Notes under the pieces: model-generated
Told to the model about the DNA's origin: nothing
Seen by the model: only the letters and a program-made list of their open reading frames with translations
Database searches by the model: none
In this document: piece after piece, positions 13,001 to 24,100 of the stretch
How positions within the stretch are numbered: position 1 is the stretch's first letter
Layout: every line of letters begins with the position of its first letter
Translations under genes and position numbers: made by a program
Assembly (NCBI RefSeq): GCF_002113885.1
Contig: NW_018408917.1
Location: forward strand, 1,137,390-1,201,389
Direction of reading: 5' to 3'
DNA: 64,000 bases
Origin: Mizuhopecten yessoensis
Taxonomy: Eukaryota

Positions 13001-15471
13001 AGATTATATAGAAGGGGGTCTTAAATGTTACATGTACAGTCGTTTATTGACTCGTTAAAGGGGCATAACGGTGAAGTAACTTTATTTTTTGTCTTTTTTT
13101 CAAATACTACATAAACATATCAAGTGAGACTCCTTATGGAAAATAACGATCGGATTTGGCTGAAATAGATTCATAAAAATGATTAAATCTAAGAAAATAA
13201 TCGGTATTTCTGCTGTCTGACCAACGTTTTGTTCAGGGATTTCCCTCTACTAGCGCATGCGCATAGCACACCATTTCTTTGTAAACAAAATGACTGGCCG
13301 TGTGAAGTAAGCGAAAGAAAAGTGTTGTACCGTGTCAGCTACGAAACGAAAAGTTGCCAAATGGTCAAAAGATAGCGCAAGGAGTACGTTACGGAATCAT
13401 TATTGCAGGTGGGCAGTATTCAAAGGAGAAAATAACTGCCGTAGCAGTTAGTACGGTGCATGTATTCTTCCGGATAGCCGGTTAAGCTGAAATGGAATCG
13501 ACAGAAATGCTAGCGCTGTTTATGTCATGAATAAATATCTAAAACTATTAAGCTCGCTAGTATCTTTGTCTGAGTTTGAACACAGATGAACTTAGTTTAA
13601 TATGTTAATGGGCATGTATTGGAGAGAGTTTACTTTGTGTTTCTATAATTATACAGTGATTTATGCGAAAGGAAGGGATAAGTGACTGGGTAGTTTGATT
13701 TTTCCATGAGGCCCTCCAAGGGATAACTGTTGTGATGGCCCACGGCGTATTTTCTGGGGCACCGAGATACGTGTTATCGAAGTCCGTGGATTTACATAAT
13801 TTATAATATTACCGGGTTCAATAAAATGGTATGTTTTAATTATATTGCTGAATTAAACGATTATTTTTGTTTTTACATGCAAGATTTAAATTAGTATTAA
13901 TATGAATACCCGGCCTCCACTGCCCCGGCAACATATAAAAAACAATCAGAAAGGTTTGTCCCTTGGTGTAGGGAAGGTGTTTAGCCACGTACCATCTGTA
14001 CCGGCCACATTCCGGTACTTAATTCAATATATATTTAAATATATCTACTTTATGTTTATGCCTATTATCATTGTTGACATTTAATTGTAAATGTATGACG
14101 GGAGAAGGCTGTGATAAATTGTAAAAACTTGTGTCCAATCCCTTGTTTAATTTTATTGGCAACGCATTTATGTTTAAAGCTAAATAAATTTAAATTCTGA
14201 ATATTGGCAAGTGTGCAATTTACTACTAATGATGAATAATTATTGTTAAATAAGTTTGAATACAGACTTAGAAATCATATAACTTGGTTTCATAGTGCGG
14301 CAAGAAGTTGCATTGCCTGACGGCCCCTTTCTGGGGGCCTCTTTTGAAACCGTTTCATCTCGCTCGCACCACCTGTGTTTACTGCCTAGTCAGGTGACGT
14401 TATTGGCGCTATTTTTAGCAGGGCTTTCCCGAACAATTCAAGTGGTCAAACTGGACATTTGGAACGGACTATGAATATGGGGATAGCATGGTAACATAAG
14501 TGGAAGTGCATACAATACATACATTCATTAAAAAAAAAACGCCTTTTCACGTGATGTCCCTTTAAAACTTATGTGGGTTAGGAGGTTATATATAAATTCT
14601 GGTAAATGGCAAACGATTTTAAAATTACATTGTGATAAATAATTCTGGCAAATTGTAGAACTGATTATATTTCAAAATGTCAAAATCAAACTCAAGATCT
14701 ATTTTGGGTTGATTTATTGAGGGCATGGAGAAAAATTAATGAAAAATATAAGTCACCTTGCAGTAAGTTCAAAATGCCCATCTTGTACAAGAATAAGGTT
14801 AGAATAGAAAAAGAAGTTTATTTTACAGAGTATGGTGCAATAAAGGAATAATCATAATTAATGATCTAATCAAAGACAGAAATACCTTTTACACATTTCA
14901 AGAATTCAAACAGATTAATGATATTAATACAAACTTTATAAGATACTACGGTCTAATTACTGCCACTAGAGAGCATATTATACAACAAGATATGTCAAAC
15001 TTTTCGTAGACATTGCTTGAGATTTCCTCAAGTCTAAGATTTCCCATAGACAATACATTGCTTGAGATTTCCTCAAGTCTAAGATTTCCCATAGACAATA
15101 CATTGCTTGAGAATTCCTCAAGTCTAAGATTTCCTATAGACAATACATGCTGGAGTTTTTTTTCGCAACTTTGAGATGTTTTATACAAGCTATCCAGGTT
15201 AAAGTAATCCTCAGTCAGCTATAAATTTCAGAAGATAATACCAGGTACTTGTTTTTGTTAAACAGGATTCTGGAGTCGGGGAGAAGCTTCTCCATACATC
15301 GCAGCTGTCATTGAGGCATTTGAGACCCATGTTTTGAAAGAAAACATGGACATTCTGAAGCTGTTGACCAGAATCAACGGAATAATGGCCAAAGAGGATT
15401 CCCTAATTCCATTAGTGACATCACTGTTAACAAAACGCTTTCACTTCCGACCGAAAGTACCGGTTTCTTGA
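4003..15471 (+). CDS. Caspase-3/7-like protein lacking the catalytic dyad (pseudo-caspase), 278 aa; join(4003..4043,5567..5829,8655..8848,12244..12376,15266..15471)
   Basis: Five exons, all GT-AG, phases 2/1/0/1 consistent, 837 nt open to TGA. Caspase motifs: GRALIVNN, RKGSEID, NLT..EL, CFLCVIMS(F)G, FTGDKCKSLATKPKIYFI, KIPRECNF, DILKLLTRIN, IPLVTSLLTKRFHF. Confidence 0.88.
5567..5829 (+). CDS. Pseudo-caspase exon 2 (start of p20: YPENFQFVGRALIVNNHIF..RKGSEIDVQKIEALLSKLGF..NLTKDEL)
   Basis: tttctattacag| acceptor, AAG|GTAAAT donor, open frame with caspase p20 motifs; absent from the ORF track. Confidence 0.88.
5925..7602 (+). mobile_element. Complete Helentron-type HINE with a central 321-bp tandem array (~4.5 units), in caspase intron 2
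   Basis: Subterminal inverted repeats GGTCACCTGAG (5931) / CTCAGGTGACC (7569), (CGT/CGTC)n microsatellite, 3' hairpin AGGCCCTTGGGCCT then CTTGT; units start at 6061, 6382, 6703 and 7024. Confidence 0.85.
8122..8258. repeat. Fold-back (palindromic) MITE-like element
   Basis: ATAATTATTCAATCTAAT..CTTCACATTGCTCCCGTTTACTGATATGTC versus GACATATCAGTAAA..AAACGGGAGCGATGTGAAG..ATTAGATTGATAATTAT. Confidence 0.75.
8481..8547. repeat. (TG)n microsatellite and poly-G flanking a 17-N assembly gap
   Basis: Direct reading. Confidence 0.95.
8655..8848 (+). CDS. Pseudo-caspase exon 3 (p20 core: CFLCVIMSFGEPGII..FTGDKCKSLATKPKIYFIM)
   Basis: ctttcag| acceptor, ATG|GTAAAG donor; aligns by eye to caspase-3 FVCVLLSHGEEGII..FRGDRCRSLTGKPKLFIIQ. 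Confidence 0.92.
8948..9256 (+). mobile_element. Short HINE-like element
   Basis: Subterminal inverted pair ATCCCCCACTTT / AAAGTGGGGGAT, T-run start, ends CTTGTT. Confidence 0.55.
10235..12151. repeat. 38-bp minisatellite, ~50 copies, in caspase intron 3
   Basis: Unit ATTGTATCGTGATACGTATCATATCGTGAGGTATGCGT; period 38 (e.g. 10501 to 10539). Confidence 0.97.
12244..12376 (+). CDS. Pseudo-caspase exon 4 (linker and start of p10: GNDNY..KKIPRECNFVTQYSS)
   Basis: ttgcag| acceptor, AAG|GTGAGA donor; KIPRECNFVTQYSS resembles caspase KIPVEADFLYAYST. Confidence 0.85.
12740..15000 (+). mobile_element. Degenerate L1/Tx1-type LINE ORF2 fragment (post-RT region), split by a Kolobok-type insertion
   Basis: W.KRLLTPI..GRIHIIKSLSISQFNHLFISLPNP..F.W.SKVDK..DYIEGGLK; rejoining across the TTAA gives FIDSLKLMWVRRL. 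Confidence 0.8.
13059..14561. mobile_element. Non-autonomous Kolobok-type DNA transposon (TTAA TSD)
   Basis: TTAA|AGGGGCATAACG ... CGTGATGTCCCT|TTAA; further copies at 30036-30527 and 43272-45182. Confidence 0.85.
15011..15147. repeat. 45-bp tandem repeat x3
   Basis: CATTGCTTGAGATTTCCTCAAGTCTAAGATTTCCCATAGACAATA at 15011, 15056 and 15101. Confidence 0.92.
15266..15471 (+). CDS. Pseudo-caspase exon 5 (p10: SPYIAAVIEAF..DILKLLTRIN..IPLVTSLLTKRFHF..*)
   Basis: ttttgttaaacag| acceptor, phase 1, caspase p10 C-terminal motifs, TGA at 15469-15471. Confidence 0.88.
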
Positions 15472-17646
15472 ATGAGTCTGCACGTCAGCGCTGTCAGCTG
15501 GATCATACCACAGGGGTTGTACAAATCTGGAAAAGGGCTTTAATACATGATGAATTTTGTGAAATATTAATTTCAGTTATTAAGAAATGTTGGAAAGCAA
15601 TTCAACATAGTTTTTTCCTTGTAGAAAAGATAACTATTAGATGTGATGTTGCCTAATGGATTCAACCCATCACTTCATGAAGGGAAATATTGAATTATTT
15701 TGTGGTCTCCACCCATATTTCACTGCTTAATATATCTAATTGTAACATTAATAGCTTTTTGCTATTATATATACTTGTACTCTTATTGAGACAACAAGAC
15801 TGAATTAAAGACTTGCTTGTTTCCCTTCAATACTGCTTTTACTATGCAACGAAATTTAGAATATGCATGGTAGTATATATGTTATTTTAGAAGTTGAAAT
15901 ATTGCATCAAATTACAGTTAGTCTACCTGTAAATCAAACTTCCATAAATCAAACATCGAAGATTCAAGTTTCTCGATGTGTCAAACTTCGGGCAAAGTCC
16001 ATTTTCTTCCCATATATAACACTACTGATATTCCATTAATGAATCAAACTTTTGTAAGACACATTTCTCACTGTTTCGAACTTAAATCAAAGGTCCAATC
16101 ATAAGAAAAACTTTGAAAATTTAAATAAATCAAAGTGAAACAGTTACTTTTACAAGAGCATTGAAATGTCCCAGGGCCATTTAAATACCTAAGCATGCAA
16201 TCTACCGTGTATAAATAAATGAGAAATATTTTTTCTAGTTACATGAAATTTGGTATAAGTAGATTTCAAGTTAAATTTCTTGTCCTATGTTCTGTCACAT
16301 AGGATTTACATTCGGTCTTATGCAGCACATACAGGATCGCAATAATGTTTTGAATTTTTCCTGGTGGGGAGTCCCGCAAAGTTCGAAATATCAAAGTTTA
16401 AGTAGATGATAATATCTCATCGATAATCTGATATGTTTTCTGGAATACATATGTGTAAGTTTTTGTTTATGTACATCAAATGAATCTTGTAAGGAAAGAT
16501 TTTACATTAATCATCTTGGTCATTATATCATACAGTTGGACCAAATAACTAATGTTCCTAACACTATTAAAAACATCTGCTTTACAAGCATTTGTTTGAC
16601 TGAGATTTGTCATATGATAAAACCACTACCTGGTAATTTCTTTTTTTTTCAATAAAAATCACATATCATGAATGCATATATTTCAGTGCAAACTTTTTTG
16701 TATGAAAAGTGCTACAAAATATTTTTATTTTAGTGTGCTCTTGTGCTTCTATCCATAATGACATACGTAGGCTTGCAATTATGTGAAAACACCTTTTTTT
16801 AATTTACCTAGCTGAGGGCTTTCTGTGCATTTTATGTTATAAAATATATAATCATTAGATAAAAAAAAATCAGCTTGAGTATTTTTCACGTCATTCATGA
16901 ATGTATGAACATCTAACTTTTGCAGCAAACATATACACTTCCGTACAAATAAATAAATTGCCTTTATACATATAAGAGCTTGCTGCATTTAATATTCGTT
17001 CCATTTCTAAGGGAATAACAGTAGATTGTCAATATACGACTGGATTTTAATATTACATAGAAAATATATATACACTATATGGAATTTGATATAAAAAAAA
17101 AACTTTATTTAGTACATCATAGAGAATATGTTTGAAGGAAACTGTGTTGTATACAGTGTGCCGCCGTCAATGTTAAACACATGTATCTGATGTCCTTTAT
17201 GTGTATTTACATTCAACAACAAGGAAGATTCAATTTTCTTTTTTCTGGGTGGGTTCTTTTGGAGCATAGAACGTATCAAACAAGCCATTTCACATAATGG
17301 TAGAACAGCAGTTTTTTCATAAACATGAAGATATAGTTATACATCCCTCTAAGGTAAAATTATAGGTTGAAACAGAGACGTATATATTGATTTATTGAGA
17401 GAAAAAAATCATTAAACCACAATTTTACTGGTATGTACATTATGAGAAATAACAAAGAAAATTTTTTTCCTGATACAAATATGTAATGTTTCAAAGTCAA
17501 CATTCTTTTTCTTTTTTTTACACTGACTTTTCCATGAAGTGTGTTTTATGTCTAATTTGCAATTAACTGTTGGCAGTCATATTGACTGTGGATGCCAACT
17601 TGCGGTTGTTCTATGTTTTTGCTACAGAAGTCATTATATTTTTAAT

Positions 17647-17718
17647 GCCTCCACCAGGAGTCGAACCAGGGACCTCTGGCTTACTAGTCTTATGCTTTAC
17701 TGAATGAGCTAAACAGAA
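17647..17718 (-). pseudogene. tRNA-Thr(AGT)-derived pseudo-tRNA / SINE head
   Basis: Reverse complement reads TTTCTGTTTAGCTCATTCAGTAAAGCATAAGACTAGTAAGCCAGAGGTCCCTGGTTCGACTCCTGGTGGAGGC: A-box-like, CT-AGT-AA loop, B-box GGTTCGACTCC; acceptor and anticodon stems pair poorly. Confidence 0.65.
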
Positions 17719-17869
17719 ATTCTCCCTAGCCAAGTCGGTTGGAAGCGGCTTGTATTTTGCAAGGGTGACACTTTTACAGTGCCAAATACAGTTCAGCAGA
17801 AAAGTGATTTCATTGTCCTGCAATAAGCCCACCTGCTTGCTGAGAAAAAACACTGACCTTTTGTCCTAT

Positions 17870-17980
17870 GGCTAGTACCTGGCGACTGCCCAACATAGGT
17901 CTCGAACCTGCGACCCAATGATGGAGTGCTAGCTGTAGCAGAATGTCAGACGACTTGACCACTTGGCCACCGCGGCCCCC
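17870..17980 (-). mobile_element. tRNA-derived SINE 5' part (same family as 2853-3068)
   Basis: Reverse complement GGGGCCGCGGTGGCCAAGTGGTCAAGTCGTCTGACAT..GGGTCGCAGGTTCGAGACC..TTGGGCAGTCGCCAGGTACT. Confidence 0.75.
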
Positions 17981-19689
17981 TTATATGGTGGTATTGTCTT
18001 ACAGTGACAAAAAGTTTATGAAAGTGGTTGAGAAATTTAAAAAAAATAAAAATAATAAAAACATGTTAATCATAAATATATTCATCAATAATTGTTACCA
18101 TGCAAATGGAGGTATTTGTTGAAACATCTATTGACTGGTTTTGCTGAATCTAGAAATTTCATAAATTTGTTAGCATGTTTGCTCCTGTCCATCATCATAT
18201 TGTGGTTAATTGTATAAAAAGGAATTGTTTACCAAAATTAAGAGTTTATTTATTGTTATAGTATTGTATATTTTTGTAAGACTGTAAAGCATGGATTTTG
18301 AAGCATGATGAATTTTACATCTACTGTTCTACTGATATTTTGTTTTTTTATTAGTAGTTAAGTTTTCACCAAGTGCTTGAATGGAAACAGTATATATGAT
18401 GGTATAATACAATGAAGTATGGATTTACCAGAGTAATCACAGACACTAAAAACTAACAGATTAAGAAATATTCAGTTCATTGTTCAAAAACTTACTATGC
18501 CTCTTTGTACATATACATGTATAAGCATTTTAATGTCATACATATTTATTAGAATATATATAAGGCCCCTAAAAAATATGCATGATTTTAGGTAACATGA
18601 CTGAAAAAAAAAAAAATGAGGGTGGGGGGCTTATTAAAGAAATTACAAAATCACCAAACATAGATACTCCGATCAATTGTCAATTGTATTCATTTGTCAA
18701 TAAAATTTTAGGTCTTTTAGATAAAAATATGGGATTTAAATTTGGCTTTGATACCTGACTATGAAAAAGAGTGGTGTCATAAAGACACTAACGATTTTTG
18801 GCACGTTCGGATTTGACTTTTAAGTGCATTGGAGTGAAAGAAAGTTGTTAGGGTTGGAGGTAAGAACTAGGGTCGGTTAGGGTACCTGAAGCATTTATTT
18901 CTTTTGTCCTAATCATTATGAGAGTTTTCATGTACATGTACTATGCAAGGGTTGAACTAGAACCCAATATTAGGAAGATGCCAGTAAATGTTGTTGATTT
19001 TATCGATCTATCATAACAATCCTACATACCTGCATTAGGGCGAAAGAATGACTGATTTTAAAATTCGTTAAACATACCTCATTGTGAGACTATATTTTAG
19101 AGTAAAAATTAATGTTAATCTGAAAAGCATTTTTGAAACGGATCAGTTAAACAAAATTGCCTACCGACAGCTATCTTCGATTTTTGACATTGAAGGTTTG
19201 TTAGTACTATTTCTCAGGGATAACTTGAGGGATCTTTCTCAAATTTTATATGTAGGTTGCCTTTGATCCCTCGTTGTCCATGTTATATTTTGAGACTGAT
19301 CATAAACATAAAATGGCTAAAGGAAAAACTAAACAGAACTTTCTCATATTGCAATGATCAATTCTATATCTTTCACATCAAGTACTGTACTAGTAGATAT
19401 GTGAAGTGACAAACTCACTTTGAAGTTTGGCTTTCATACACATCAGTATTAAGTTTAGATCAAAAGTTACCTCAAGGTGCATTTACTGTTAACATGACTC
19501 GATCAAACAGATTAGAGGATAGAAGAGAAAAGATCGAACTGACAAAGAACTAATGAAGATGGTACAATGGTGGGCGCCAAGATCCCTCTGGGATCTCTTG
19601 TTAAAAAATATGTTGAATATGTTGAATTTTTAACCTGATCTCAAGTTCATAAGTGAAAGCTTACAATTCCATTGATATATTGTTTTGTG

Positions 19690-19924
19690 CGTTCAAACCT
19701 GTATACAGAGACCACCTTCAGAAAGACCATGAAGTGGTCTCAGTTTGCAGGTGGTTTCCTAATGCAGGTTCATTAAGTCATTCACCCCTGAAATTTCATA
19801 TCCAACTATTTGAATTGGAAGAGTTCAAATGTGTCTTCAGGGTTGAATGAGTTTAACATAGGAAAATAACCTTCAACAATGGGAAGTTGTAAAAGAGGTT
19901 ATCTCTCAGGCAGGTTTGACTGTA
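19690..19924. mobile_element. Tc1/pogo-type MITE with a nested ~84-bp TTAA-flanked mini-MITE (19773-19856)
   Basis: TCAAACCTG..AGAG left versus CTCTCAGGCAGGTTTGACTGTA right; nested TTAAGTCATTCACCCCTGAA..TTCAGGGTTGAATGAGTTTAA. Confidence 0.6.
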
Positions 19925-21415
19925 TGTGAAGAATATCCTACAAATATAACGACAAATGTAACGTCACTTTACATGTCACAAGTTACATGGAAGATAAGAT
20001 GTTTCAAATGAAGTATTACATTATTGGCTAGATATTTCTATTGATTGCTTTTTGCCATCATAATTGAAAATTTTGTTTCCCTTTTTATATTTTTTAATCT
20101 ATACATCTAAAGACAGAAAATATATACTGATGCACTGTATATACATTGTATGTTTTGAACTTTTGTTCAAGCTGGGATTTTGTATCTTCTGAGCTATGTA
20201 AGGCAATGAATCTGCAGTTGAGCCTTGAATATATTCAGCAACAAGCTGTATTTCAATAAAAGTGGGTATGTTGTGAGGTGACAAGATGGTCAGGACATAC
20301 TTGTGCAGAAACCGGCCCATCTATGCCCTAAAACAGTGGCTCAAGGATAACGGATAAATTTGTCCCGTTAAACACAGGCCAGAGTTGTGGTGCTTGGATC
20401 GAGCAGGCTCAACTGAACATTATTTGCTTACTACATGCAAACTGTGTGTTATAATCATCAGCTGTATTATAAGATTTATTGTTAAATAAAAAGGCAGATC
20501 AATATATGTCAAATTAAGATTTAATCATAAGTCCAACTTACCTTAGTGACCATTTCATGTTTTCACTAAACAGACAGACGTAAACATTTCATGTTACCAA
20601 TATATGTCTCTTTTATTCCTGTGGGAAAAGGTTACAATGCTGTATATATGTGTCAATGTAAGGCGGTTTATAGGTGAACTTTATTATATAGAGAACACTT
20701 TATTTCTGTTCTTTCATAGGCTGTTCATGTCATTGTTTTCCTTTTCCCAGGCTATTCATTCTATTGCTTTGTATACATGTAATGATTTTTATATGATTTA
20801 GATGAGAAATGTCTTTACTCGCTCTGCTCAATACATTCGCCTTGCTTTGTAGTTTTCATAGATATCAGATTTATCAAATAAACTATGGAACATATTACAT
20901 GGTCATTTTTGTTTGTCATTTAATTGCCTCGTTGGTTTTCGTATTTTGGTTCTCGGGAAATTGTTATTTGTAGGGTAAAATAAAAATAAAAAATTACGAT
21001 AGCATCAAGGACCAATGGACCCAGGGACGAAATTGTACCTACAGGTAATAATAATTATTTATTCTTGATATCATATTGAGCATGAATCTTGTTCTACATA
21101 TGGTCAATATTTACAGCTTTAAGAGATAGATATGGGGAGAAGGTCATAAATCATTCCACATAAAATTGCTTTGCAGATCTCTTAAATTCTAAAAGTAAGG
21201 AACAGTATCTAATACGACTCGGTAAAAGATTCCATGTAAGGGGTCCCTGATATCGAAAAGATTTTCTAAAAGTTAGTTTTATGACATGGCAAGTAAAACA
21301 CAATGGTAGATGACGATCTTGGAGCTAAATTGTTAAGTATCTTGTTCATAAGAACTACTTGGTTATATAGTGCGTGTTTATATAAAATTCTTCTGTAAAA
21401 AGATAACCAATTCAG

Positions 21416-22560
21416 TTTTTAGCTCCACTGGCCCTTATGCCATGATTACTATAAACAACTTCTTCTCAATAACCAAGAGGCTCAGGGTGATGATATTTGG
21501 CCATTAGCATGCTGGGAGGAAGGACTACCAAGTTTAGGAAAATGAATGACCTTGACTTAAATTCAAGGTCACAGGGGTCAAATATGTTAAAATCTTTATA
21601 CAACTTCTTCTGAATAACCAGAAGGCATATGATGATAATATTTGGCCAATTACATACTGACATGAAAGGCTTCTAAGTTTGTTCAAATAAATGTCCTTGA
21701 CTTCAAGGTTAAAGGGGTCAATTATCTTAAAACACTTTCAAACAACTTCTTCTGAATAACCAAAAGGCCCAGAGTGATGATATTTTGGCCAGTAGCATGC
21801 CAGGATGAAGGACTACCAAGTTTGTTAAAGTGAATGACCTTGACTTAAATTCAAGGTCACAGGGGTCAAATATGTTAAAATCTTTTAACAACTACTTCTT
21901 AATAACCAGAAAGCACAGGGTAATAATATTTGGCCAGTAGCATGTGGGTATAAATGGCTACCAAATTTGTTCAAATAAATGACCTTGACCTTTATTCAAG
22001 GTCACAGGGGTCAAATATGTTCATAATTTTTAAACAACTATTAATGAATAACCTTAAGGCCTAGAATATTGATTTCTGGCCAGCAGCATGCTTGGATAAA
22101 GGGCTACCAGGTTTGTTCAAATAAATGACCTTGACTCATATTCAAGGTCACAGGGGTCAAATTTGTTTAAAATCTTTAAACAACTTCTTCTGGGTAACCA
22201 TAGGACCCAGATTGTTGATATTTGGCCAGTAGCATGCTTGGATTAAGAGCTATCAAACTTTTTTTCATTTTAATGACCTTGAACCACTTTCAAGGTCACA
22301 TTTGGTCATATGTGTATAAATCTTTTAATAATCTAATCTCAATAAGGAAAAGGTGGTATTTGGCAAGTTGCATGCTGAGATGAAGGGCTTTAAAGGTTGT
22401 TCAACGTAATGACCTTTTTCGACTTTCAAGGTGACAGGGGTCAAATGCTTTTAACTGTTTCAACATGCTCTTTTGATTGACTTTATAGTCATAAATACTG
22501 ATATTTTGCCTGCAGCTTTATTTGAGATCACTTTTAAGGTTACAGGTGCTAGATTAACCC
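21416..22560 (+). mobile_element. HINE-type element with a diverged ~150-bp tandem array
   Basis: T-run start TTTTTAGCTCCACTGG; repeated AATGACCTTGAC..TTCAAGGTCACAGGGGTCAAATATG; related fragments at ~12460-12735 and ~25740-26045. Confidence 0.75.
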
Positions 22561-23169
22561 AGGTGAAATCTCCCACTCAAATACTTCAAGTTCATAGATT
22601 TGGATGAATACCCATACAATTCCAATTAAGACATTTAAACAGAGTGGTTCACATCACAAGGTTGAATGCTTTTTGAAAATTTTGAAATAAAACACCTGTC
22701 AAAATACCTTTGTCTATAGCCTCTTACCAGGTGTTTGTAATGTTTGGGCATTTCATCGAAAAAAAATGAATGGTAAGAAAAATGTTTGACTAACTCGAAA
22801 TTTATACAAATTAGTTGGACCTAATAGTTAACAAAACGCTTCTTTTCGTAAAAGTGGTATAAGTAGAGGAAATGGATTTATAAAGGAAATATAATAGAGG
22901 TTGTCATTAAATTCAATTATCTAGGACTTTTGTTAAGATATATTGCAACCTTTGCAATGAAGCAGCACAACATCGCTGAGCAAGGTAGAGGGCGCTCTTG
23001 TCTTTTACTTTTCACTGGTGTTTTTCAGGGAACAAAATTTAATTGTTGAAACTTCATTATCAGAAGCGATGCATATATATATTTTTTGAACAGACTGAGT
23101 AAATTAACCATCTTTCATTCTTTCATTTTAAGTAATTTTAATTTCTGCCTTTTGCACAGATAATTTTTT

Positions 23170-23570
23170 TTTTAGAAAAGGTGCAAGAAAGAGCACTCCG
23201 TTTTGTATATGAAGACTTTTCAAACTCATATGAGAATTTACTTGTAAAAGCGAAGATGCCTTCTCTGCAAGAATGAGAACAATGGCAATTGAAACTTTTA
23301 GAATTTTAAATAAGCTGTCACCTGTATGTTTACAAGATTTATTAAAGGTAAAACAATCTAAATATTTTTTTCAGATATAATAATATATTGGACATTCCAA
23401 ATATAAGAACTACAACCAATGGTAAGAAAAGTTTTAAATTTGCTGCTGCTACATTGTGGAACAGTCTTCCGGACCATTTCAGGACGGAAAACAGTTTCTC
23501 TTATTTCAAGAGTCTAATGAATACAGTCATGGAATGGTTCAGAATGCCGCTGTTCTGCATGTAGATAAGC
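23170..23570 (+). mobile_element. LINE ORF2 3'-end fragment (CR1/L2 group)
   Basis: EKVQERALRFVYEDF..YENLL.KA..MAIETFRILN..GKKSFKFAAATLWNSLP. Confidence 0.75.
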
Positions 23571-23835
23571 TTTTCAGTTAATTTTAATGTGCCTTTGTGT
23601 CATTATTGTCCATTTTTATTGCATATGCATTGCTCTGCCATTCTTAGTGCTTGCTTATTTTTATGTGTTCATTCTCTATTTTTAGTTTGCTTGCATGATT
23701 TTGTTTTTATGTTGTTGTAAAAATATGCTTGTATGTATTCGGTTAAAAGCTTACAAACTATACCGAATTAAAATAAAACTTTCATATTAATAGAATAAAT
23801 AGAATGATGCATGACTTGTCATATTTATTTTGTTA

Positions 23836-24100
23836 GATTCCGGAAATATTGTTCAGGTACCGTTTTTAGTTTAAGCGACACCGGAAGTAAATCTATAATG
23901 TCTAAAAACAACACTACGTCTGTTGCGTCAGCTGTTTCGTAACGACGAACGAGTGTCTCGTGTCGGTAAATTGTGGGTAACAGTTAGAAGAAAACATAGA
24001 AGATCGAAGGTGACCTATTAAAAAAAGCATTGACTAGTTACCGGAACATGAAATTTACAGGTGGTATTGTGCAGTATTACCGTAATACTGCACAAGGTTT
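23836..24100 (+). promoter_or_regulatory. Probable promoter / non-coding first exon region of the SLC52 gene
   Basis: Locally CpG-rich unique sequence with ETS-type sites (TTCCGGAAAT ~23838, ACCGGAAGTA 23880, ACCGGAAC 24040) and TTGCGTCA; candidate donor AAG|GTTTGG ~24096; the coding exon has an acceptor 20 nt before the ATG, so an upstream exon is needed. Confidence 0.4.

Noticed and set aside
17647-17718. Functional tRNA-Thr(AGT) gene
   Set aside because: Acceptor and anticodon stems do not pair properly and the D-loop GG is missing; treated as a pseudo-tRNA/SINE head
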